A stretch of 43,793 nt of DNA from IMG/VR virus record IMGVR_UViG_3300039918_000006, positions 1 to 43,793 of that record. The stretch is one strand, 5' to 3'. This DNA comes from a virus. The translations under genes were made by a program, and so were the position numbers. Below are positions 16,420-22,510 of this stretch, piece by piece; positions within the stretch are counted from its first letter, which is position 1; every line of letters starts with the position of its first letter. The notes below the pieces were generated by a model, which did no database searches, was not told the origin of the DNA, and saw nothing but the letters and a program-made list of their open reading frames with translations.

Positions 16420-16875
16420 TTCACTCTCCCTTGTTGTTTCGTTCAGGCATAAGACTAGCCAAGGGTTTGACCTCCCCCTCAGCCATACCTAACCAAGATT
16501 CCGGCTAGGTACTGCTGCTGCCACTAGGCTACCAATTCGATTTCCAGAGCGCCCGTTACGTGGGCTAATCGCCATGCGTCAAACTGTTGCTCTGTTCCTG
16601 GGATACCTTGGTAAAGTTCCACGCGCCGGCTAGTCAATAAGCGCAGACCATCAACTCCAAGCGGGTAGTCTTACTTCCCCTCTGCTATCGGGTGGAGTCC
16701 GGTCGATGTGGAAGCAGAAATGCAAAAAGCCCTTAAAGTTTCGGCTGTTCCTTGTGGAGGCAAGGGGAATCAGATCCTATCTAATCCCAAAAACAACCGA
16801 AGCTTTAAGGGCTTCAACCTGTCAACGCCTCCACATCGACAATTCAATTATTACGCAGCTTCAACCACCTTGCAA
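16420..16875 (-). ncRNA. Structured non-coding element L (candidate riboregulator / sRNA / ssDNA signal), paralog of element R
   Basis: No credible ORF. Promoter-like TTGCAA (16870-16875), 17-nt spacer, AATAAT (16847-16852) on the minus strand. Long hairpin plus U-tract, a pseudoknot-capable leader, and colinear similarity to 22507-22937. Confidence 0.5.
16716..16815 (-). terminator. Long hairpin with U-tract inside element L
   Basis: Minus-strand GAAGCCCTTAAAGCTTCGG (rc 16797-16815) pairs with CCGAAACTTTAAGGGCTTT (rc 16726-16744) with 1 mismatch and 1 G-U. The loop is 52 nt and is followed by TTTTTGCATTTCT. Confidence 0.5.
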
Positions 16876-17055
16876 GCGTTTTCTCTCTTGAAGCTTCACT
16901 AGGAACAGTTCCCACAGGCCCGCGTGCATCTTGGCCTTGCCTCCTTCCCAGTCTTGCCAGGTTCTCAGCTTGGAGTGGATAAGATCGGCTGCTTCTGCTT
17001 GCGTGAGCGTTTCCTCTAGACGCTTGGTCTTGATCTCACTTGGTTCTGGTATCAA
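16861..17055 (-). CDS. XRE-type helix-turn-helix protein
   Basis: 64 aa. RLEETLTQAEAADLIHSKLRTWQDWEGG is a typical HTH_XRE core. Confidence 0.65.
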   Translation of the reverse strand: MIPEPSEIKTKRLEETLTQAEAADLIHSKLRTWQDWEGGKAKMHAGLWELFLVKLQERKRLQGG

Positions 17056-17275
17056 TGTTCCTCCTTTTTGCTATCAATCGTTCTGTCGCTTCTTGGCGCT
17101 CTTGCCCGTTACTTGGAAGGCTGAGGCGAAGTGCTAGGAACTCGCTGGCTTCATCTTGAGTCATGAACAGAATCTCCGCGTATTGCTGGTCTGAGTGATG
17201 GGCTACGGCGTCCATTCTTACCTTGGCCGCCGCTGCTATCTCATCCATCCTTTTTAAGACTTGCTGGCAATCCAT
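17036..17275 (-). CDS. Hypothetical protein (79 aa)
   Basis: ORF in the operon, with a 20-nt overlap with the downstream HTH gene. Confidence 0.5.
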   Translation of the reverse strand: MDCQQVLKRMDEIAAAAKVRMDAVAHHSDQQYAEILFMTQDEASEFLALRLSLPSNGQERQEATERLIAKRRNIDTRTK

Positions 17276-17391
17276 GCTTCAGCTTCTTCTTTGGTTTCCA
17301 AGACTTGGAGAACTTCGCCGTTGTTGTCCAGGACGCGGAACATGGTGATTTTCTTGCCCAGGAATTTCATGTTGAAAGTGTTGATGGTCAT
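17254..17391 (-). CDS. Small hypothetical protein (45 aa)
   Basis: ATG at 17391 preceded by AGGGGA. The longer ORF-track start would run through a terminator. Confidence 0.45.
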   Translation of the reverse strand: MTINTFNMKFLGKKITMFRVLDNNGEVLQVLETKEEAEAWIASKS

Positions 17392-17431
17392 TTTGTTTCC
17401 CCTTTGTGTTGTTGCGTTGTCGATGAAGTTC

Positions 17432-17459
17432 ATTATACGCGGATTCCGTGCAAACACAA
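17432..17459 (-). promoter_or_regulatory. Sigma70-like promoter (minus strand)
   Basis: Minus strand: TTGTGT (rc 17454-17459), 16-nt spacer, perfect TATAAT (rc 17432-17437), just downstream of a terminator. Confidence 0.4.
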
Positions 17460-17480
17460 GCAGTATTTGCATGTGACGTG

Positions 17481-17503
17481 AAAAAGCCCGCACGCGGCGG
17501 GCT
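17481..17503 (-). terminator. Rho-independent terminator (minus strand)
   Basis: The minus strand reads AGCCCGC-CGCGT-GCGGGCT followed by TTTTT, 27 nt after the stop of the 17530..17850 gene. Confidence 0.7.
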
Positions 17504-17529
17504 TGTGGTTGATGAATAGAACTGAAGAG

Positions 17530-17850
17530 TCACGCAGGCCCGAACAGCGCAATGTGCAGAGGGTCGCGCACAAGGTGCGGCGTCCACGTGCTGGTGATGA
17601 TTTGCTTCGCGCGGTCGATACGCGAACCCATAGACATATCTTTGCCAGTAGCTTCCCAGCTTGAAAAGCGGCTACCTGGGATAGCAGTCTTGCGGATGCA
17701 TTCGACGCGCGCCAGGTGCGCCAGCTCGCTGCCAGCCGTGCGTTCGTCGATGTTGAAAGCTCGGGCGATCTGTCGTGCGGTCAAGCCAGGATTGTCAGTG
17801 ATGTATTGCAGGACCATCGAGCGACGGCTTTGTTCTTTCGGGAGGGTCAT
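17530..17850 (-). CDS. Winged-helix DNA-binding protein
   Basis: 106 aa. VLQYITDNPGLTARQIARAFNIDERTAGSELAHLAR is a MarR/wHTH-like motif. Confidence 0.6.
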   Translation of the reverse strand: MTLPKEQSRRSMVLQYITDNPGLTARQIARAFNIDERTAGSELAHLARVECIRKTAIPGSRFSSWEATGKDMSMGSRIDRAKQIITSTWTPHLVRDPLHIALFGPA

Positions 17851-17852
17851 GG

Positions 17853-18482
17853 TTAAAGTCCTAGTGCAGAGAAAATGCCTTTCGGCGCTGTGTTTGGCTT
17901 GATGCCGCGCGCTACCCGCTGTTCTTCGCGCGACATACGACGGAAACTGATACGTTCCTTGCTTGTCTCATTGCCGACCGCGTAGACGGCTGCACGCGAG
18001 CCTTTGGGATGCGGCAAGATCCAGGCGCGTACGTGAATCGATCCCTCTTGCTTCAGCGCGTAGATAATGAATCGGGTATAGCTATAGCTGATACCTAGAC
18101 GCTTGGCGAGATCGTAGGTGGTGCTCGGCAGCGCCAATGCAGTCAGAACTTTCTCTTTCCAGATGTCGGCCTTCTTCTCGATCTTCGTCTTCGGAGCTGG
18201 TACATAGATCACATCGGGATTACTTCCAGCCGCATAGACCTTCGCAGGCTTGTTGCGGTCCACTGGCTGCCATGCGGCCACGTAGACACGTTTCTGTTCG
18301 TGCAGGATGCTCAGATAGTCGCGCGCCGTATCGTGGCTTACGTGCATGGTCTGGCTTAGCTCCTTGGCTGTCATCTGATTGGTGGCCAGCAGATCAAGGA
18401 TGCGAGCAATCCGACGATCCATACGAGGGGTTGCGCGACTTGCTTGCTCGGGTGTTCGTGGATTTCCCATTTCATTCCTCAA
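17853..18482 (-). CDS. Tandem winged-helix DNA-binding protein
   Basis: 209 aa with two wHTH-like segments: ILDLLATNQMTAKELSQTMHVSHDTARDYLSIL and LALPSTTYDLAKRLGISYSYTRFIIYAL. Confidence 0.55.
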   Translation of the reverse strand: MRNEMGNPRTPEQASRATPRMDRRIARILDLLATNQMTAKELSQTMHVSHDTARDYLSILHEQKRVYVAAWQPVDRNKPAKVYAAGSNPDVIYVPAPKTKIEKKADIWKEKVLTALALPSTTYDLAKRLGISYSYTRFIIYALKQEGSIHVRAWILPHPKGSRAAVYAVGNETSKERISFRRMSREEQRVARGIKPNTAPKGIFSALGL

Positions 18483-18708
18483 TAACCATCTGTCGCGGGT
18501 CTACTTCCCGCAGAATGTAGATAACGTCCTCTTGATCGCAGTTAGCCAGGCCAGCCAGCAGCGCGAGTTCTACGGCCTTGTTGCAGACAGAGACGCGCTG
18601 GCGTTGGAACAGGCAGTTCCGGCAGGCGCGACCTGGCTTAGTGGTGAAGTTCAGGCTAGCAGGGTTGATAGGTGCGTCGTAGAGGTCAGCTAGGGCGACC
18701 ATGTTCAT
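18472..18708 (-). CDS. Hypothetical protein (78 aa)
   Basis: ORF in the operon, overlapping both neighbours by a few nt. Confidence 0.55.
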   Translation of the reverse strand: MNMVALADLYDAPINPASLNFTTKPGRACRNCLFQRQRVSVCNKAVELALLAGLANCDQEDVIYILREVDPRQMVIEE

Positions 18709-19226
18709 GGCAGACTTTTTAGGAATCTGGCGTTGTCAGGGAAGTTCTCGATATATCGCTGCGGAACTACGGAACCTGACCAGAGATTGTTAGTTTCCCA
18801 AGCTTGCCCAGCGCGTTCAATGAACCACCTCTGACCGCCAAAACCCAAAAATTCTTTATTTCTCGCATGCGGTTGATTTCCGCCATCAGCATATGTGTGC
18901 CCATTGATGACAAGGCGTCTTGGGTCTTTTTTAAGAGACAACTGTTTCCAATAGTTGCAGTGGAAGCAGGTCTGATCGGCAAGCATTTGATCCTTGCTAG
19001 GCTGAACATATTGGGCGCACTCCAGTGCTCCGCACTCTGAGCACATGTACAGATCAAAACCCCGCTTGAGTTGGCCAAGGTAAAAGTTTCGGTTATTTTC
19101 GATATGACGCATACGATGATGCGCATCTGACTTTTGGGGTTCCGTAACCTCTGATGCGATGTTTTCCAGCATTCGGCCAATCGAAATTCGGTATGCTTCT
19201 TCAAAGTTCTCAACTGTGATTTTCAT
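18705..19226 (-). CDS. Hypothetical Cys-cluster (zinc-binding-like) protein
   Basis: Preferred start is the ATG at 19226 with an AGGAAGAAG RBS. Contains CSECGALEC...CFHCNYW. The upstream ATG at 19283 has no RBS and lies inside a hairpin. Confidence 0.55.
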   Translation of the reverse strand: MKITVENFEEAYRISIGRMLENIASEVTEPQKSDAHHRMRHIENNRNFYLGQLKRGFDLYMCSECGALECAQYVQPSKDQMLADQTCFHCNYWKQLSLKKDPRRLVINGHTYADGGNQPHARNKEFLGFGGQRWFIERAGQAWETNNLWSGSVVPQRYIENFPDNARFLKSLP

Positions 19227-19295
19227 ATCTTCTTCCTGTATAATCACTTTCAATACGGCCCCGCCCTCTGCGCTCTCATGCATCGGCGGGGTTCT

Positions 19296-19943
19296 TTATT
19301 TGATGCCTAGCCGTTTCTCCAAGCGGCGAATCTTCTTGCGCAAGATAGCTGCCAGGCGCTCCAGGTATTCGTCGCTGTACTCTCTTTCGCGCTTGTGGCA
19401 CTTCAGCCAGTCCACGCGCTCATCGCCAACCTTCTGACGCAATCTCGTCTCGTACGGTCCGATGTTCCCAGCCATGAAGAAGTTGCATTGATCGCACGCC
19501 TTGTGAATGTTCCACAGGTTGAACTGCAGGGCTGAATTGCTGCCAACGCTCTTGAAGTGCGATCCGTGCCACTTGCCTCCACTCCAATGCGCCGGCTTGT
19601 CGCAGCTAATGCAGCCATAAGCGTGGTCACGTAGCACCGCATAACGCTGCGCCAGCTTACGTACTGGCTCCGCCTTCTGAGCCACGGTCTTGTGCTCCTG
19701 CTTCTTCTTGCGATCTGCTGCACGCTCGGCTTTGGCCTTAGCCTGGCGCAGCTTCTCGACACGTTGCAGCGCGATGACTGCGCCGCAATCCTCGCTGCAC
19801 CAAGTCTCAAACGGGCGGCGGTCGTTCGGCACGTACAGCGCGCGGCAGTCACGGTTGGCGCATTTCTTCTTTCGCGGGCCTTTGGCTGGCTTCGATTGCG
19901 ATGGTTTAAAGCCTGTACGAACTAGCTCACTTCTCTTCATCAC
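19296..19943 (-). CDS. ninG: NinG/Rap-family recombination endonuclease
   Basis: 215 aa. An N-terminal Cys pair, a basic coiled region, and C.SC....W......GH..S......L.FNL.N....C..CN match the lambda NinG family pattern. Confidence 0.75.
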   Translation of the reverse strand: MMKRSELVRTGFKPSQSKPAKGPRKKKCANRDCRALYVPNDRRPFETWCSEDCGAVIALQRVEKLRQAKAKAERAADRKKKQEHKTVAQKAEPVRKLAQRYAVLRDHAYGCISCDKPAHWSGGKWHGSHFKSVGSNSALQFNLWNIHKACDQCNFFMAGNIGPYETRLRQKVGDERVDWLKCHKREREYSDEYLERLAAILRKKIRRLEKRLGIK

Positions 19944-20127
19944 GTTTGCTCATAAGAATATGGGTAGGAACAAACATAATGAAAATACCGAAGGCAAACA
20001 TAAGGCCGCAAAGCAAAGTTACCGCTTGCTCATTGCCTCGTTCTAGCATGTTCAAACCGGAGTACCATCCGACAAAGACCATAAATAGCAAGGCACAAAT
20101 CGATGCTAAAAATGCTTTTTTCATCAT
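19927..20127 (-). CDS. Small two-TM membrane protein
   Basis: 66 aa, hydrophobic, with an ATGA overlap with ninB. Confidence 0.55.
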   Translation of the reverse strand: MMKKAFLASICALLFMVFVGWYSGLNMLERGNEQAVTLLCGLMFAFGIFIMFVPTHILMSKRDEEK

Positions 20128-20588
20128 TGACCCTTTGCGGAAAATTGGACGCCAAGCGCTGCGCCGAACGCAAAAACTTGCTCCAGATAGTTTGAGTATC
20201 CCTTAACGGTAAGCTGCTTAGTCGATCCAACTAAGATGCGCTCGCCGCTTGGGTCGATGTCCCACTTCACATAGCCTTCCAAACACTGCTCAGGATCGAA
20301 CTCTTCTGGTAGAAAATGACGTTTGCAGTATTCGTGTAGAACCTCGACGCTGTACTGCCTGCCCTCAAACCATGCCTGCTCCGATATATCGCGCAGCGGG
20401 CCGGCAAACATCAAAGCTTGCTGATCTGGCTTACGTGCCTTCACTTCTTCACGCGCTACTACTTCAACAGGCCGCAGCGGATCAATAGGCAGGTTACGCA
20501 CAAGTGCCAGGAGGCTATCGCGCACCTTCTCATCACGCAGGATGAACTTGCGCGGCTGCATGGCAGGCCGGTTACTCTTCGCTCGCAT
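20124..20588 (-). CDS. ninB: NinB/Orf-family recombination mediator
   Basis: 154 aa. KPDQQALMFAGPLRDISEQAWFEGRQYS...STKQLTVKGYSNYLEQVFAFGAALGVQFS parallels lambda Orf (RSLDQNRKLWACLGDVS...STSRMRVGEFAELLELIQAFG). Confidence 0.7.
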   Translation of the reverse strand: MRAKSNRPAMQPRKFILRDEKVRDSLLALVRNLPIDPLRPVEVVAREEVKARKPDQQALMFAGPLRDISEQAWFEGRQYSVEVLHEYCKRHFLPEEFDPEQCLEGYVKWDIDPSGERILVGSTKQLTVKGYSNYLEQVFAFGAALGVQFSAKGQ

Positions 20589-20706
20589 AGATGCTCCGCT
20601 GTTCCACCTCGATACTCTGGTGATAGGCCATCACATCGATGCCGAAGCCAGCACCAAGCAGAAAGCCAAAGGTGATTAGGCTGAATATGATGAGAAAGTC
20701 GTTCAT
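20572..20706 (-). CDS. Small single-TM protein (44 aa)
   Basis: Translation: MNDFLIIFSLITFGFLLGAGFGIDVMAYHQSIEVEQRSIYASEE. ATGA overlap with the HTH gene and 17-nt overlap with ninB. Confidence 0.4.
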   Translation of the reverse strand: MNDFLIIFSLITFGFLLGAGFGIDVMAYHQSIEVEQRSIYASEE

Positions 20707-20912
20707 TTGCGCACCTTGGCATAGCTGCGAGCGGATTGAACGCGCTTCAGGCCCATTTCGCTAAGCATTGCTTCAGTCGGCTCATTGTGGCCGTTAAGGA
20801 TGCGCGAAATATATGTGCTGCTGAAGCCCCAGTGATCGGCGGCCTTCTTTTGCGTCTTGTACTTGTCCACAATGTGCACGCGAAGCTTGTGAAGTAGTTC
20901 CTGCTTTTCCAT
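20703..20912 (-). CDS. Cro/YdaS-like HTH regulator, first gene of the leftward arm
   Basis: 69 aa. KTQKKAADHWGFSSTYISRILNG is an HTH motif. AGGAGA RBS. It is adjacent to the divergent promoter region. Confidence 0.7.
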   Translation of the reverse strand: MEKQELLHKLRVHIVDKYKTQKKAADHWGFSSTYISRILNGHNEPTEAMLSEMGLKRVQSARSYAKVRK

Positions 20913-20939
20913 CTGTATCTCCTAGTTGGTGAAGGCTTC

Positions 20940-20967
20940 ATTATGCGCCAACGCTGAGTATAGTCAA
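20940..20967 (-). promoter_or_regulatory. Leftward early promoter candidate
   Basis: Minus strand: TTGACT (rc 20962-20967), 16-nt spacer, CATAAT (rc 20940-20945), about 25 nt upstream of the HTH gene ATG. Confidence 0.5.
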
Positions 20968-20976
20968 GAAAAATAA

Positions 20977-20993
20977 TTTACAAAGACTGTAAA
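20977..20993. promoter_or_regulatory. Operator-like inverted repeat TTTAC-N7-GTAAA
   Basis: TTTACAAAGACTGTAAA lies between the divergent promoters. Flanking (T/A/G)(A/C)CAAAG repeats sit at 20979-20985, 20992-20998 and 21003-21009. Confidence 0.3.
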
Positions 20994-21001
20994 CAAAGTT
21001 G

Positions 21002-21030
21002 TTGCAAAGGCTGGGTAGAAGTGGCATAGT
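21002..21030 (+). promoter_or_regulatory. Rightward early promoter candidate
   Basis: TTGCAA (21002-21007), 17-nt spacer, CATAGT (21025-21030), followed by the leader hairpin CGCCGA-GGCGT-TCGGCG (21041-21057). Confidence 0.45.
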
Positions 21031-21078
21031 GATGTTCATCGCCGAGGCGTTCGGCGCGGTGTAACAGGAGAAGAGAGT

Positions 21079-21243
21079 ATGGGCGATAAGCAAATTGGTA
21101 TTTCTATAATGATCATTTTGACCATGATTCCGTGGCTGTATATTCTTAAGACGGGTAAGAAGACCATCGAAGTAAATGTCTTAGTCTTAGTTGTGTTCGT
21201 GGCTCTTTACGCGCTCGGACTGTTCATGGCCTTTAAGCGTTGA
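21079..21243 (+). CDS. Small two-TM membrane protein (54 aa)
   Basis: AGGAGAAG RBS. Translation: MGDKQIGISIMIILTMIPWLYILKTGKKTIEVNVLVLVVFVALYALGLFMAFKR. Confidence 0.5.
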   Translation: MGDKQIGISIMIILTMIPWLYILKTGKKTIEVNVLVLVVFVALYALGLFMAFKR

Positions 21244-21264
21244 TAGCGAAATATTGAGAAGAAG

Positions 21265-21429
21265 ATGATCCAGAACTTGCACCAACAGCGTTACATGGTC
21301 AGCCCCTGCGGCAAGCACGCTGACTTCTACAATGCCGGCCAGGAGCCTACTGGCTGGACCGATGCAACAGAATTAGATGACGCAGCTGTCGGTGAGTTGA
21401 TGGTGCGTCGAATGATGGCTAACTACTAG
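21265..21429 (+). CDS. Small hypothetical protein (54 aa)
   Basis: GAGAAGAAG RBS. Translation: MIQNLHQQRYMVSPCGKHADFYNAGQEPTGWTDATELDDAAVGELMVRRMMANY. Confidence 0.45.
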   Translation: MIQNLHQQRYMVSPCGKHADFYNAGQEPTGWTDATELDDAAVGELMVRRMMANY

Positions 21430-21443
21430 AAAGGGAAGAAGAA

Positions 21444-21602
21444 ATGAACCGTATCAGCACAAAGCCCACTCTCCGTGAGCGCCTATTCCGCAATCCTCCA
21501 CTACTGTTCGTAGTAGTGATGGTTGCATTCTTTGCCCTGATCGGAACAGCAGAGTTTATCTCTGTAATGCTGGGGGCTGCTTTTGATGTTCGTGCGGGGT
21601 GA
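21444..21602 (+). CDS. Small single-TM protein (52 aa)
   Basis: AAGGGAAGAAG RBS. Translation: MNRISTKPTLRERLFRNPPLLFVVVMVAFFALIGTAEFISVMLGAAFDVRAG. Confidence 0.45.
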   Translation: MNRISTKPTLRERLFRNPPLLFVVVMVAFFALIGTAEFISVMLGAAFDVRAG

Positions 21603-21979
21603 TGATGGATCACGGAAAAGAAATCGTAGAGCTTGCAGCTAAAGCGGCTGGCATCGAACTTGCGTGCTGGGATGAGGTTCATCATCAATGGTATCGAATG
21701 AAAGATGATCCAGAAAAGGTGCGGCAAACCGGAAATGGATATGGCGCTGCTGTTTTTGATCCTTTGGATGATGATGGCGATGCTCTGCGTTTGGCTGTAA
21801 TACTAGGGCTTGAGATATATGAGGGGTCTTGCGATGACCAGATGCAGACTTGGGTTGGCTATGCTTTGCAGGGGAAAAGAACTCGTTATTTATCCGAATA
21901 TCATGGCAAAGATCGTTATTTAGCTGCCCGTCGTGCAATTGTGAGAGCTGCTGCCGAGATCGGAAAGGCAATGCCATGA
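21602..21979 (+). CDS. DUF2591-like phage protein
   Basis: About 125 aa. AAKAAGIEL...FDPLDDDGDALRLAV is the characteristic pattern of this phage family. The start is TGATG-coupled (the ORF-track GTG at 21599 is also possible). Confidence 0.6.
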   Translation: MMDHGKEIVELAAKAAGIELACWDEVHHQWYRMKDDPEKVRQTGNGYGAAVFDPLDDDGDALRLAVILGLEIYEGSCDDQMQTWVGYALQGKRTRYLSEYHGKDRYLAARRAIVRAAAEIGKAMP

Positions 21980-22140
21980 CCACTTACCGAATAGTTATCG
22001 ACTTCAAGCGCGGCCCTAGCTACGGCCCTACTGAGGTAAGAGCACCAGATGAGCAGTCAGCCAAGTTCATGGCTTTGCGTGAGGCGCAGGGATTTGGGTT
22101 TGACGATGAACCGAAGGATTACCAAGTGCGCCAGGATTGA
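21976..22140 (+). CDS. Small hypothetical protein (54 aa)
   Basis: ATGA-coupled internal ATG at 21976. Translation begins MTTYRIVIDFKRGPSYGPTEVRAPDEQSAKFMALREAQGFGF. Confidence 0.5.
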   Translation: MTTYRIVIDFKRGPSYGPTEVRAPDEQSAKFMALREAQGFGFDDEPKDYQVRQD

Positions 22141-22192
22141 ACGTAACGCCGCCCTGCGCGCGGCACCGGCAGGATAACTAAAGGGGAGCAAT

Positions 22193-22510
22193 ATGAGTGT
22201 CATCAATGACTACATGAAAAACAATCGTAGCAAGAAACATGGTTGGCTGGTACGGCGTTTGGCTTGCAACGACGGCTTCACCATGTCTGTGCAAGCATCG
22301 GAATATAACTATTGCAAGCCGCGTCGCTCAGATGAGGATTGGTATTACCAAGTTGAGGTCGGCTATCCTAGCGAAAAACCTTCCGCTTTCCTTGAGTACG
22401 CAGAAGATCCAAACCAGCCGACGGAAACGGTATATGGGTACGTTCCCGTCGAACTGGTCGAGCAAGAGATTGCGCTTCATGGCGGTTTGAAAGGACCACA
22501 AGAAGATTGA
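22193..22510 (+). CDS. Hypothetical phage protein (105 aa)
   Basis: GGGGAG RBS. Conserved-looking core GFTMSVQASEYNYCKPR...VYGYVP...HGG. Confidence 0.65.
   Translation: MSVINDYMKNNRSKKHGWLVRRLACNDGFTMSVQASEYNYCKPRRSDEDWYYQVEVGYPSEKPSAFLEYAEDPNQPTETVYGYVPVELVEQEIALHGGLKGPQED

Noticed and set aside
17036-17055. The 79-aa ORF plus the downstream XRE-HTH ORF as a HigB/HigA-like toxin-antitoxin pair.
   Set aside because: The upstream product shows no RelE/HigB-like motifs that I can recognise. Gene overlap alone is ubiquitous in this genome.
20935-20962. The minus-strand GGCGCATAATGAAG resembles the XerC arm of dif (GGTGCGCATAA).
   Set aside because: The would-be central region and XerD arm (TTATGTTAAAT) are not present. 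The CATAAT is better explained as the -10 hexamer of the leftward promoter.
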